Below, piece by piece: positions 33,278-47,052 of a DNA stretch of 64,000 nt. This DNA comes from an uncultured Acidobacteriota bacterium (GTDB taxonomy: Bacteria; Acidobacteriota; Blastocatellia; RBC074), in the NCBI GenBank assembly GCA_963796275.1, contig CAWCKY010000001.1:512001-576000 (forward strand), read 5' to 3'. The notes beneath the pieces are model-generated. The model worked only from the letters and a program-made list of their open reading frames with translations. It had not been told where the DNA came from and searched no databases. The stretch's first letter is position 1; every line of letters starts with the position of its first letter. A program made the position numbers and the translations under genes.

Positions 33278-33982
33278 CTAGATTTTGTCGACTATTTTTG
33301 TTCCGTTGGGGATATTCACATTGAACGCGCTGTCCGGGATGTTCGAGTTCAGCTCCAATTTCTTGAGCGTGATTATGGTATGGTCCCCGTTTCGTTCTAC
33401 CAATTTCCATTGGGAAGGCAGCCCGTTCTGTAAAACCCAAATATCGATGCTGGCATATTGCTGGCCATTCGATTTCGGAATCAACCTCAAAACAGTCGTC
33501 GATTGCCCGTTGATCTCCTCATCCCTCAGGATGTCTATGTTATAACTATTCACCAAAGACTTGAGAGAGCCGTCGAGACCGTAAAGAGGGTACCCGTTCG
33601 ACCTGCCTTTCGAAGCTTTGGCAATTGTAGATTTGAACGCTTGATTGATACGCGGTTGATAGAAGGTGACGTTTTCACCAACCAGCGCAAATATCTCCAT
33701 GCTGGGTTTGTTGTAATCGATGCGGAGCCTACCCTTGGTCTTTCCTTCTGCTGGCTTATAGAGGATTGCGCCGAATAATTTGTCGGTGATTCCGATCTGG
33801 GAGTTGGTCTTTTCCTGAACCATTTCAGCCTTTAGGCTCTTCATATCTTGATGGGCTTTCTCCATCTTGTTAAGAATTCCCGTTAAAAGTTGGGGCTTTG
33901 TGTTGGCATCCGCTGGACGATCTGCTCCCAGGAGCATCATCAACATTCCAGCGATCGTCACAATCGTTAAAGCTTTTTTCAT
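33278..33982 (-). CDS. LolA-family outer-membrane lipoprotein carrier-like protein
   Basis: Signal peptide; [34 protein letters not shown]. Confidence 0.75.
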   Translation of the reverse strand: MKKALTIVTIAGMLMMLLGADRPADANTKPQLLTGILNKMEKAHQDMKSLKAEMVQEKTNSQIGITDKLFGAILYKPAEGKTKGRLRIDYNKPSMEIFALVGENVTFYQPRINQAFKSTIAKASKGRSNGYPLYGLDGSLKSLVNSYNIDILRDEEINGQSTTVLRLIPKSNGQQYASIDIWVLQNGLPSQWKLVERNGDHTIITLKKLELNSNIPDSAFNVNIPNGTKIVDKI

Positions 33983-34016
33983 TATTACCTTCTCCATATC
34001 TGTATGGCCTGACTAC

Positions 34017-34406
34017 CTACTTGAATGTTACGTTATAAACAAGCTGCCCCTCTGAGTCGATGAATGTTTCGTGATTCACTTCGGTGATATCTCGCTGAAA
34101 CTGATCTCGCAAATATAGGCGCAACGCAATCTTCGGCGAGTCCATTAACGTAATCTTGTTTTCCTTTTCCAAATAATCGCGCAACACACTTCTTTTAATC
34201 TCAAGTGTACTCCAGACAGCTTGAGATGCAATCTGCTTGCCACCATTTGCCTGCGACGCAGGAACCCGGTCACGATCTCCAAAATAGCTGCTCGGCACCA
34301 CGAAGATCGTTGCCACGATCAAAAGACACAAAATGTCGTATTGCCACGAGCCGCGCTCGTGCGACCAGAGAAGGACATTTTTAACGGCATTTAAAAATGG
34401 CTTCAT
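34017..34406 (-). CDS. Hypothetical single-pass membrane protein
   Basis: WSHERGSWQYDILCLLI, one TM segment; operon position. Confidence 0.7.
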   Translation of the reverse strand: MKPFLNAVKNVLLWSHERGSWQYDILCLLIVATIFVVPSSYFGDRDRVPASQANGGKQIASQAVWSTLEIKRSVLRDYLEKENKITLMDSPKIALRLYLRDQFQRDITEVNHETFIDSEGQLVYNVTFK

Positions 34407-34476
34407 AAATACTGCCTTCTCTTGATACAAGCATTTTCCACTTTAATCTTGTACGTTGCGAGCGGCCCCGATGGTT

Positions 34477-35160
34477 TCAATGATCTTTAATGATCATCCC
34501 ATCACGCATCTCAATCATTCGTGATGCGACAGTTGCGGCATCAGGATTGTGAGTGATCATGACAATAGTCTGTTTCAACTCCCGATTGAGTTGCTGCAAC
34601 ATGTTGAGGACGATCTTTGAATTCTCGGAATCGAGATTGCCCGTAGGCTCATCGGCTAGGATTATCGCGGGGCGATTGATGATGGCGCGTGCAATTGCGA
34701 CTCTCTGTTGTTCCCCTCCGGATAATTCCAGAGGTTTATGACTCATTTTATTTTCTAGCCGCAATAATTTCAAGATCTCATGTCGTGTTTTGCTATCAAG
34801 TGTCGTCTTGCCATTGCCGTGAATCTGTTCGGCGAGGCGAAGATTACCTTCGGCCGTCAGCGTCGGGAAGAGATTGAAGCGCTGAAAAACAAAGCCGATT
34901 TTTCGGCGTCGCAAATCGGTACGTGCGGCGTCGGTCATTGAACTCAAGTCTTCTCCATCGACCATCACTCGACCGGAGGTCGGCTGCAGCAGCCCGCCGA
35001 GAATGTGCAGTAAGGTAGATTTACCGCAGCCCGATTGTCCCATTATTGAAATGAACTCGCCGGTAGGGACAGATAGATCGACGCCGCGCAGCGCATGTAC
35101 ATCTACCTTGCCGACATGGTAGGTCATTGACAGTTTTTCAGTTTGTAGTATTGCGTTCAT
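34477..35160 (-). CDS. ABC transporter ATP-binding protein (LolD/MacB type)
   Basis: [32 protein letters not shown]. Confidence 0.93.
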   Translation of the reverse strand: MNAILQTEKLSMTYHVGKVDVHALRGVDLSVPTGEFISIMGQSGCGKSTLLHILGGLLQPTSGRVMVDGEDLSSMTDAARTDLRRRKIGFVFQRFNLFPTLTAEGNLRLAEQIHGNGKTTLDSKTRHEILKLLRLENKMSHKPLELSGGEQQRVAIARAIINRPAIILADEPTGNLDSENSKIVLNMLQQLNRELKQTIVMITHNPDAATVASRMIEMRDGMIIKDH

Positions 35161-35186
35161 TTATAAGGCTATAAGGATTTTTCATA

Positions 35187-36284
35187 TTATTCATAAGCCA
35201 GCGTTTTAACTGGGTCCTGATTGGCAGCACGGATTGCTGGATAGAGCGCGCCCAAGACGCCTGCTCCGAGACCGATCAAACCGGCGATCAAAATCCAGGA
35301 CCAGTGAAACTCGATCAGCAGGGTCGTGTTACTTTCGATCGCCCAGGCGGCGACGAAAGCGGTGATCAACCCGACGAAAACACCGATCAGGCTTATCGTG
35401 ATCGCCTCTTTTTCGATCACACCTATGATGTAAGTTTTCGAGGCGCCGAGCGATTTCAGTATCCCGATCTCGCGCGTCCGTTCGGTTATCGTCGTATACA
35501 TCGCCAGGAGGATGACCAGCGTACTGACGATAATCGAGAGCGTCAGCACTGCCCTCTGGAAACCCTTTATCCCTGGGATACTTTTGGTCAACCCTACCTG
35601 AAGCTCTCGGCGCAGTAGCACGACGTTTCCTGGCAGTTCCGCGATAATGCGTTGTTGCACTTCTTCCTGCCTGCTCGGGTCTTTTACCTTGACCATGATC
35701 GAACCGCATTTGTTCGGCGCGTTGAGGTAATTTTGCAGCGCTTCCAATGAAATTTTGGCACGAGCGCCGACTTCTGGGGAGTAGATTCCTGAAACTTTCA
35801 ATTGCTGACCGAAAATTGGAATCGTGCTGCCCACGGTCAGCTTGCTGCGCTCGGCCTTGAACCGGTCGATGATTACCTCATCTTCGGCCTGGAAGATGCG
35901 CCCTTCGGTTATCCGAATACCGCTGATCGGCGCATATGAAGCGAAATCGATTCCTTCAACAAGTTCGAAACCGAGGCCGCTATTGCCACTCTGAACGTAT
36001 CTTCCCAGGGGGCTGACGCTCTCCACCCCCTCGATATTTTTCAACCGGTCCAGATAGCGCATATCTACCGACATTATCGACTGGGGCGAGAGGATGCCGC
36101 CGGAACTACGGTGGAATTCGATCTCGGCCCCTATGCCCTGCTCGCGGCGCAGACGATCATTGAGAACCCCTTCAATGAGTCCGGTATTGAGCGCAATAAG
36201 TATGACGCCCAGCGCTACACCGATCACGCTGATCAATGTCCGAACCGGGCGTTGGCGAATATTCGAGATGACGAGGTTATCCAT
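35187..36284 (-). CDS. ABC transporter permease (MacB/FtsX/LolE-like)
   Basis: N-terminal TM, periplasmic domain, [27 protein letters not shown]. Confidence 0.9.
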   Translation of the reverse strand: MDNLVISNIRQRPVRTLISVIGVALGVILIALNTGLIEGVLNDRLRREQGIGAEIEFHRSSGGILSPQSIMSVDMRYLDRLKNIEGVESVSPLGRYVQSGNSGLGFELVEGIDFASYAPISGIRITEGRIFQAEDEVIIDRFKAERSKLTVGSTIPIFGQQLKVSGIYSPEVGARAKISLEALQNYLNAPNKCGSIMVKVKDPSRQEEVQQRIIAELPGNVVLLRRELQVGLTKSIPGIKGFQRAVLTLSIIVSTLVILLAMYTTITERTREIGILKSLGASKTYIIGVIEKEAITISLIGVFVGLITAFVAAWAIESNTTLLIEFHWSWILIAGLIGLGAGVLGALYPAIRAANQDPVKTLAYE

Positions 36285-36293
36285 TGCAGAGAA

Positions 36294-36371
36294 TTGGGTA
36301 TGTCAGGTTGAGATCTGAGGCTTGAGTTCAGCGAATCGAACATCTCAATACCCAGAACTCAAAATAACTCA
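36294..36371. repeat. Degenerate heptamer arrays in inverted orientation
   Basis: TTGGGTA/TACCCAG, TTGAGAT/ATCTCAA, TTGAGTT/AACTCAA. Confidence 0.5.
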
Positions 36372-37334
36372 TGGCGTTATCGGCTTGTCCAGATCCGTCT
36401 CGGGCAGACCTTCGGTGTTTTCCAGCGTGAAAGCATTGGCGGACAATTGCGGATTGATTTCGAAACGGTCCTCGCTGAATGTCAGGCGCGCAGAGTAACC
36501 GTCGTGCGGGCGGCTGACCAGAATCACGCCCGGCCATATACCCGCGTTTTCGCTGTTCAATTTCTTGTAATCCGAATATGAGACCTCGGTTGTCAGTTCT
36601 CCCTGGTTGTCAAAAATCTGTTGCCGGGCAAATCGCGCTCCCATCGTGCGGTCGAACCAGAAGCGGCGACGCACGCGCGCGGGACCGTTCTCCTGAGACG
36701 GCTTCTCCAGTTCTGAAATTACATAAAAGCTTCTGAGGGCGCGCGCGCCTTTTTTGGCGCCCTTCTGCGGATCGGGTTCTTCCACGATCGTTTCCTCGAT
36801 TCCGCAAACAATACGCGAACCGCCACAATCCAGCGGGCGCATCATGAGGGCTTCCGTAAAATGAAATGGGCGCGCGGAGATCAGAGCGCTCCTTCCTTTC
36901 TTTCCCAATGTCGCACGCCAATTGCTGTAATCGGCATCGTTGGTCCCCACCAGGAAGCGTTTGTAGTCCGAAGGGTAGACCGCGACTTTGAACCGGTTCG
37001 ACTCGGATACCATCTCGGCAACCTTCGTTTTGACGACTGGTGCCTGGACGATCATACGGATCTTGTCAGGTCTCATCAGAACGAGGATCGCCTCCGCCTC
37101 GCGATATCGTTCGGCCGCCTCCGCGTCATTGAATCGGATATAGACGCTCCAGGATTTGAGCGACTGCAGATCGGTGTATGGTTGCAATTGCTTGGTCAGG
37201 TCTTCGAATTTCGCTTCAGCCAGGGGTGTCAGCAGTCGAGGAATTGAGCTATCACTCGTTTTCACCAAACTGGAGCAAGCACAACTCAGAATTACGAGCG
37301 CCAGGATAAAGATTGCTTGTTTGGTCCGTATCAT
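36369..37334 (-). CDS. Lipoprotein with probable LolA/LolB-like fold
   Basis: Lipobox-like LSCAC; [34 protein letters not shown]. Confidence 0.6.
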   Translation of the reverse strand: MIRTKQAIFILALVILSCACSSLVKTSDSSIPRLLTPLAEAKFEDLTKQLQPYTDLQSLKSWSVYIRFNDAEAAERYREAEAILVLMRPDKIRMIVQAPVVKTKVAEMVSESNRFKVAVYPSDYKRFLVGTNDADYSNWRATLGKKGRSALISARPFHFTEALMMRPLDCGGSRIVCGIEETIVEEPDPQKGAKKGARALRSFYVISELEKPSQENGPARVRRRFWFDRTMGARFARQQIFDNQGELTTEVSYSDYKKLNSENAGIWPGVILVSRPHDGYSARLTFSEDRFEINPQLSANAFTLENTEGLPETDLDKPITP

Positions 37335-37669
37335 CAGGATTCCAACGCTTCCAATTCTCCCGCTTCCAATTTTTCATTTCACCGAGGGAAACGGGTTATC
37401 AGGGTGCGGGACATCACCGGTAATAGTACCTTAAACAAAGTGGTGACGCTAACAGATGCATTTTTTCTTGTCAAACAAATTGTCAACTTGACGCCATTTG
37501 TGTGACTCGCGTACACTTTCGTCTACGCGAAACCTTCCAACTCGGTTTTGATGGAGTGTCTCGAGAAATAGACGGAAAAATGCGGCAACAATTTGCATCG
37601 CAACCGTTCTTATAATGCCTGTTTGCCAATAGGGGTGATCTGATTATTAGTGAAGGGAGTTGATTCATA

Positions 37670-39340
<1,671 letters not shown>

Positions 39341-39374
39341 AACCGCTGGTTGCGGATTGAAAGCTGATAGTTAT

Positions 39375-39419
39375 AGGGTCAAAGTTGGTAACAGAAGCCA
39401 GCTTTGACCCTTTGTTTTT
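39375..39419 (+). terminator. Intrinsic terminator of the GWxTD gene
   Basis: AGGGTCAAAGTTGG/CCAGCTTTGACCCT followed by TTGTTTTT. Confidence 0.85.
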
Positions 39420-39475
39420 GGGGTTAGGCGGAGCGGCGGCGGAAACTTTTCGGGCACCTCATTCAATACACCCTG

Positions 39476-39914
39476 CCAGTAACCCTCAAGTTGTACATCC
39501 AAGTTCAAGCGGAGCCTTTGGTGTCCGTAATACTTGTAATCGCTTTGGCGGTCATTTCCTTAATTCGCAGTTTCCAGGGTCGGGAAGGTTCGTGGTCTGT
39601 CCATCTCCATCTTTCAGGCGCGTCAGCCATATCACAATATCCCATCGTCTTTGCGGATGACTGACTGCCAGGTACTGATAATCAAGGTATCAGTGAAGTA
39701 GAACGAAGTGCCAAAGCGGTCCCTGGAGATACTCTGCTGGCGAACTCGAGTATTGCTTACCTGAGTATTGCAATCCCCCTAACGGCATGCCGTTGGGGGA
39801 ATTCGAACTTAATTTTTTATGCGCCCTAAACCTTTTAAAGGGGAGTTTGCCAGCCGGAATCCCGGGAAGGCCACTCCATAGGCTCCGCTTGAATTTTGGG
39901 TATATTGAGACTGG
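39476..39914 (+). ncRNA. Large structured non-coding RNA candidate (~440 nt) containing a 6S-like arm
   Basis: Long 5'/3' closing helix with 14-bp perfect core TTCAAGCGGAGCCT/AGGCTCCGCTTGAA; two internal domains; G-U pairs favour the plus strand; terminators on both sides; no credible ORF. Confidence 0.75.
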
Positions 39915-39916
39915 AT

Positions 39917-39965
39917 AAAAAAAAAGAACCACGCGAATGTTCGGCTTTCGCGTGGTTCGATTTTT
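39917..39965. terminator. Bidirectional intrinsic terminator (ftsH and the plus-strand RNA)
   Basis: A9, 12-bp stem GAACCACGCGAA/TTCGCGTGGTTC, then GATTTTT. Confidence 0.85.
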
Positions 39966-39982
39966 ACTTTCTGTTTTTCAGA

Positions 39983-41893
39983 TCAGGCGGGTGCCGGATT
40001 GCTTCCGGTAATCGGCGGCAGGATCGGTTTCAGTACCGGCTCCTTGTCCGCTGGCTTACCCGGGTGCGTCTTCGGCGCCGGGCTGTCGTCATCCAACGGC
40101 AATCCCGCTACCACACGGCGGATCTGAACCGAATCGAGCGTCTCGTTAGCCAATAAAGCTTGGGCCAACCGGTCGAGCGCATCCTTGTGGTCCAGGATGA
40201 TCTGGCGCGCTCGCTCATATTGCTCCATGACGATTCGCTTGACCTCTTGATCTATCTTGATCGCCGTGTCTTCGCTGTAATCCTGATGCTGAGCGATCTC
40301 GCGCCCGAGGAATATTTGTTCTTCCTTCTTGCCGAAGGTCAGCGGTCCAAGATTTGACATTCCGAACTCACATACCATACGGCGCGAAAGTTCGGTCGCG
40401 CGTTCGATGTCGTTCGAAGCGCCCGTCGTAATCTTGCCGAGGAAAATCTCTTCGGCTAAACGACCTCCCATAAGGATCGCGATCGAACCTTCTATGTATT
40501 CGCGCGTATGTGTGTAGCGATCGCCTTCCGGCAATTGCTGAGTAAGGCCGAGCGCCATACCGCGCGGGATGATCGTCACTTTGTGAACCGGGTCGGCGTT
40601 CGGAACTTTGAGGCCGACAATCGTGTGCCCAGCTTCGTGATATGCCGTAGTTTGCTTTTCTTCGTTGGACATGACGGCGGATTTGCGCTCCGATCCCATC
40701 AGTACTTTGTCTTTGGCCCATTCAAAGTCGTGCATAGCCACGACCTTCTTGTTATAGCGGGCGGCGTTGAGCGCAGCTTCATTGACGAGATTCGCCAGAT
40801 CGGCGCCTGTGAAACCGGGCGTACCACGTGCAATGACCGAGATGTCGACGTCTTCGCCGAGCGGTATCTTGCGCGTGTGAACGGCCAGAATCCCTTCCCG
40901 ACCCTTGACATCTGGGCGATTGACGATGACGCGACGGTCGAAACGTCCCGGACGCAGAAGCGCCGGATCGAGCACATCGGGACGATTGGTCGAGGCGATG
41001 AGGATGACGCCATCGTTCGATTCAAATCCGTCCATCTCAACCAGCAACTGGTTGAGCGTCTGTTCACGCTCGTCGTGGCCGCCGCCGAGCCCGGCGCCGC
41101 GATGGCGTCCTACCGCATCAATTTCGTCGATGAAGATGATGCAGGGAGCGTTTTTCTTGCCTTGTTCGAAAAGATCGCGGACGCGGCTTGCGCCTACTCC
41201 AACAAACATCTCGACGAAATCCGAACCGGATATCGAGAAGAATGGAACGTTCGCTTCACCTGCGATCGCTCGCGCGAGCAGTGTTTTTCCGGTGCCCGGC
41301 GGGCCCATCATAAGCACGCCTTTGGGAATGCGGCCGCCGAGTTTCTGAAATTTCTGAGGCTCCTTGAGGAATTCGATGATCTCCTGTAGCTCCTCTTTCG
41401 CTTCTTCAACCCCGGCGACATCTTTGAACGTCACCCGCTTCTGCTGATTGGTGAGGAGTTTTGCGCGGCTCTTCCCGAATGAGAGCGCTTTGTTGCCGCC
41501 CGATTGCATCTGGCGCATCATGAATATCCAGAATGCAATGATCAGGATAAACGGCGCGTACATCACGAGCATATTTGCCCACAAACCGCTGCTCGATGAA
41601 GGATCGAATTTGACATCGATCTTATTCTGTTTCATCAAACTCGCGAGATCGCGGGCGACATATTCATTTCCGAGCTTGCTCGTGTATGTTCCCTGACTGG
41701 TTAATTTTCCGTGGATTTTTTCACGTTCGATAATAGCGGTGGCTATCTGACCACTCTCGATCTTCTCAACCAGATTAGAATAGGAAAGCTCCGTTGGTTG
41801 AGTGGCACTTGGATTGTGGAAATATCGATACAGCAGGATCGCTCCACCGATAATCACTACCCAGAATATCACTTGTCTGATTGTCGAGTTCAA
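39983..41893 (-). CDS. ftsH: ATP-dependent zinc metalloprotease FtsH
   Basis: Two TMs, [39 protein letters not shown]; TTG start. Confidence 0.98.
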   Translation of the reverse strand: MNSTIRQVIFWVVIIGGAILLYRYFHNPSATQPTELSYSNLVEKIESGQIATAIIEREKIHGKLTSQGTYTSKLGNEYVARDLASLMKQNKIDVKFDPSSSSGLWANMLVMYAPFILIIAFWIFMMRQMQSGGNKALSFGKSRAKLLTNQQKRVTFKDVAGVEEAKEELQEIIEFLKEPQKFQKLGGRIPKGVLMMGPPGTGKTLLARAIAGEANVPFFSISGSDFVEMFVGVGASRVRDLFEQGKKNAPCIIFIDEIDAVGRHRGAGLGGGHDEREQTLNQLLVEMDGFESNDGVILIASTNRPDVLDPALLRPGRFDRRVIVNRPDVKGREGILAVHTRKIPLGEDVDISVIARGTPGFTGADLANLVNEAALNAARYNKKVVAMHDFEWAKDKVLMGSERKSAVMSNEEKQTTAYHEAGHTIVGLKVPNADPVHKVTIIPRGMALGLTQQLPEGDRYTHTREYIEGSIAILMGGRLAEEIFLGKITTGASNDIERATELSRRMVCEFGMSNLGPLTFGKKEEQIFLGREIAQHQDYSEDTAIKIDQEVKRIVMEQYERARQIILDHKDALDRLAQALLANETLDSVQIRRVVAGLPLDDDSPAPKTHPGKPADKEPVLKPILPPITGSNPAPA

Positions 41894-41978
41894 AACAATT
41901 TACCTCCGTTGAAAACTGTTTCCCATTCTAGCCTATTTCATCGAAATTCGCTTGCCATTTTCGCCCGGTAAAAATGAT

Positions 41979-42005
41979 GACGGCGTGCATTTGTCAGAGG
42001 TTTCA
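41979..42005 (-). promoter_or_regulatory. Possible ECF-sigma promoter upstream of ftsH (TGAAAC-N17-CGTC)
   Basis: Reverse complements of gtttca (42000-42005) and gacg (41979-41982). Confidence 0.35.
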
Positions 42006-42134
42006 ACATTGTCTGAAATTCATTCTTTGTGGAACTGAATAGCGTGAGCGCGAAGAAGCCAAACTGACAAGGGGCAATAGCCATTGAAAAATACTCTTCT
42101 TATCACGACACGGCTGATCAGGAGTTTTACAATT

Positions 42135-43532
42135 CTACAGTTTCTCAGCGGTAACCAGGGCACACAAAGATGTACGTACATCATTCACGTCAACGGCAAA
42201 TTCCTTGGCAACCGGCAACCCCGGCGACCAGACGATTTGCCCCTCATCGGTTACGAGCACCGGATAATTTTCACGCTCCGAAATAGGGATTTTCCGTTTG
42301 ATCATCAATGTTTTAAGCTTTGTTTTACGGCTCCTCCCTTCAGGCAAGTATTCATCGCCGGGCGTTCTGACCCTTAAAATTAAGCTATCCAACTCCGCAC
42401 ATTCTCGAATAAGCGCTTGAAAATGCTCGCTTTTTCCTTCCATCCGGGAATTACGACATGGAAGCTGTCGCTGGATTGAAAATTTGAATCTCCCGAAAAT
42501 AACGGCATTCTCTTGACCTAAGCTGAGAGGGTTCAGGGGGCCTGACGGTGTCACCTTCAGGCGGGCAAGAGTGATGTGATTAAATTCTCGCCGGGCGATC
42601 CAGCCCGATGGCAGATGGGCGCTCTGGCCGCTTTGATTTCGTGTGATCAGGTCTTCCAGCGCTTTGAGATGCGAGAACTCGATACGTTGTAAACCTCCCC
42701 GCACCTCACGAAGCCACATGCGTAAAATTGATCGTCGAATCGCGGGATGGGCATCGCGCAGAGGTCCGAGCTCGAGTTCCGGACCGTTATGAACAACAGC
42801 GTAGATTTGTGAAGAAAGCTGCTTTAGATAGTCTTGATCGTCTGTTACCAGCTCGGCGGTGCGAGCGAGCGTTTCATTGAACCGGTTATTGAAGCTCCGC
42901 AGCAGCGGCAACAATTCGTGGCGAACACGGTTGCGTGTCAAGCTGGCGAGCATGTTCGAGCTATCGTTCCGAAAGGCGATGTCGTAATGCTTGCAATGTT
43001 CGATGACTTCCGCCCGCGTGATGTCGAGCATGGGCCGGATCAATTTCACTGTCTCACTGATCTGTCTAACTTGATGTATGCCGCGCAGACCGTCTGTGCC
43101 GGCGCCTCTGAGCAGACGCATAACGATCGTTTCAACCTGATCGTCCTGTGTGTGCGCGGTCAATACCATTTCGCTATTCCGGTTCTGGGCGATCCGCCGC
43201 AAAAAATCGTAACGCAATCGTCTGGCTGCTGCTTCGAGGTTTTCTTTTCCCGCGCGCGCATTTCCTGCGACATCGATCCGCTCAACAACGCAATACAATT
43301 TCGCCCGGGCAGCAAGTTCGATCACGAATTTCTCATCCGCATCCGATTCTTTGCCGCGCAAACTGTGATTGAGATGGGCCACGAGCAGGGCCTCCCGATT
43401 GTGAAATCGGACCAATGCATCGAGCAGCGCGGTCGAGTCTGCGCCACCGGAGACGGCAACCACCAACTTCGCCTCCTCTCCGATTTCCAATCGTCGCAGT
43501 TCAGCCCTCAATTTTTTCTCGAGTGTTGTCAT
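42135..43532 (-). CDS. tilS: tRNA(Ile)-lysidine synthase
   Basis: VAVSGGADS, HLNHSLRG, EAAARRLRY, TAHTQDDQVET, RNRVRHELLP. Confidence 0.95.
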   Translation of the reverse strand: MTTLEKKLRAELRRLEIGEEAKLVVAVSGGADSTALLDALVRFHNREALLVAHLNHSLRGKESDADEKFVIELAARAKLYCVVERIDVAGNARAGKENLEAAARRLRYDFLRRIAQNRNSEMVLTAHTQDDQVETIVMRLLRGAGTDGLRGIHQVRQISETVKLIRPMLDITRAEVIEHCKHYDIAFRNDSSNMLASLTRNRVRHELLPLLRSFNNRFNETLARTAELVTDDQDYLKQLSSQIYAVVHNGPELELGPLRDAHPAIRRSILRMWLREVRGGLQRIEFSHLKALEDLITRNQSGQSAHLPSGWIARREFNHITLARLKVTPSGPLNPLSLGQENAVIFGRFKFSIQRQLPCRNSRMEGKSEHFQALIRECAELDSLILRVRTPGDEYLPEGRSRKTKLKTLMIKRKIPISERENYPVLVTDEGQIVWSPGLPVAKEFAVDVNDVRTSLCALVTAEKL

Positions 43533-43543
43533 ACAATCGATAC

Positions 43544-44080
43544 ATGAAACTAAATTTACTCCTTATTCAACTAATCCCGCTACTCATCATCGGTATGGTC
43601 ATGGCCGGATGCGCACGGCGCGATCCGGAGACTGAAAGGGAACAGGCTTTCAGTCAGACGTTAGAGAAATTGCAGTCATGCGCTCCCGAGCGAAATGAAG
43701 AGGACAAAATAAAAATTGCCATTGCCGGCATCACAACCGATTCGGATGAGACGGCGGTGAGAATAGTCGCCTATACGCTCGATGAGGACATCGATTTCGA
43801 TCTGCCTGTATACTGGATGAGCAGAGGCCGTTGGCTGATTAGCGAGCAAGCCCGCGCATATTTGTTAGATGAGCGCTGTCGCGAGTACAAACTCAAAGAT
43901 AGAAGATCATCGACGAAGGAAGCATTACCCCCCGATGGGCGGATCCGATTAAATCGCGGTCAGGCCTTCGAGGCAATTCTCAGCTTTCCACGTCTGCCCG
44001 ATCAAACACAGATCGGCATCCTGGTATACGGAGATCGAACCATACCTTTCTGGTATATGAATAAACAGCAGCCGCAATAG
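43544..44080 (+). CDS. Hypothetical lipoprotein
   Basis: Signal peptide with MAGC lipobox; TACAAT 6 nt before the ATG. Confidence 0.7.
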   Translation: MKLNLLLIQLIPLLIIGMVMAGCARRDPETEREQAFSQTLEKLQSCAPERNEEDKIKIAIAGITTDSDETAVRIVAYTLDEDIDFDLPVYWMSRGRWLISEQARAYLLDERCREYKLKDRRSSTKEALPPDGRIRLNRGQAFEAILSFPRLPDQTQIGILVYGDRTIPFWYMNKQQPQ

Positions 44081-44767
44081 TCAGGTCTGAGCCGAACGGG
44101 AGGATTCCATGATTGATTCGCTTTCCGCACCGACCCTGGCATAAAACGATGCATCGCAGGAACGACAAATAAAAGCTTTGTGATTTGTGAGAGCAAAGAC
44201 TACGCGTTCCAATCCACTCCTTTGCCGTCGTCTCACCCAATTTGATCCGCATTCCGGGCAGTTGGCGTTTGATTTTTGATTCTCCCTCAACACATTGATG
44301 CCATTCGCCTCTATCACACCTTTAACTTCGTGAAGCTTGGTAATCTCAGAGCGCAAACCCGATCGAATCGGTTCAACCGCGCCATTTCCGTTCTGATGTT
44401 GAGGTTCGTTTATGGGCGGGACAGACGGGACACCGATAAGATCGACTTTTATCTGCTGCTCCTGATTTGCCTCGATGCTGAGAGATAAACGCGATGCCGC
44501 CAACTCCAGCCTTATTTGCTCTCTACTGGGATCAGTCAGGTTCTGTTTATTCTGATTGAGCTGATGGCTGACAGTATGCGAGATATCAAGTTTGCGCCCG
44601 TTCTCCCTTGAAGCGCGTGTTCGAGGTGAGGCCGGCGAGAATGCGCGGAATTGGCGGTTGCAGTAATCGCAGAGCAACGCTCTGACGCCGATCGCACGTA
44701 GGACGAGCGGCGCTGGCTTGTAGTCATTACGAATACGCGAACTTCCACAAGATGGACAGACAACCAT
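44081..44767 (-). CDS. Protein with N- and C-terminal zinc-ribbon domains
   Basis: CPSC..CDYC and CPEC..CRSC; AGGAG RBS. Confidence 0.7.
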   Translation of the reverse strand: MVVCPSCGSSRIRNDYKPAPLVLRAIGVRALLCDYCNRQFRAFSPASPRTRASRENGRKLDISHTVSHQLNQNKQNLTDPSREQIRLELAASRLSLSIEANQEQQIKVDLIGVPSVPPINEPQHQNGNGAVEPIRSGLRSEITKLHEVKGVIEANGINVLRENQKSNANCPECGSNWVRRRQRSGLERVVFALTNHKAFICRSCDASFYARVGAESESIMESSRSAQT

Positions 44768-44954
44768 ATCTCGATCTCCTTATTATCCACAGTATTGTGG
44801 GGGTTAACTGAGGAGTCTGTTTAATTGTCTGAACCAAGATTGAGGAGGGCAATCTTGATGTTCAAATAGCGGGGGATCCCTGTTAGTTATTGCTTGTATT
44901 AACTTTTTGCGAATCCGTACTTTATCATTTTCGTGCCCCTTGGGGAAGGGGGTT

Positions 44955-46856
<1,902 letters not shown>

Positions 46857-47052
46857 CAGTTTCCCTCGGGGAAATGACAGGATTTTTATGAATCGGGGGC
46901 GAATTTTTATCTTGAAAAATCCGGGAGATCCTGTCTGAATACTCATTTCCGGGAGTCGTTCGACTGTGCGCCCGAATAACTCCGCTAGAAACAAACAGTA
47001 TGTCACAATTCGCACGGCCAGAGCGATAGGTCGTCAAACTAATATTATCGGC

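Noticed and set aside
39476-39914. Reading the structured region as tmRNA, RNase P, SRP, a group I/II intron, a MITE or a toxin mRNA
   Set aside because: No tRNA-like ends, GAGGAAAGTCC, SRP loop or intron core motifs seen. G-U-rich pairing and no evident target duplication argue against a MITE. The ATG ORF I noticed in domain A (14 codons at 39657) lacks an SD.
39385-40156. ORF-track entries 39385..39660, 39690..39932 and 39896..40156
   Set aside because: They cross terminators and RNA helices, lack RBSs and have no recognisable protein features.
41894-42134. Missing hpt between tilS and ftsH
   Set aside because: No remnant visible; loss of this linkage is common.
44783-44791. Perfect DnaA box TTATCCACA
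   Set aside because: Single copy, expected by chance in 64 kb; no cluster or origin context.
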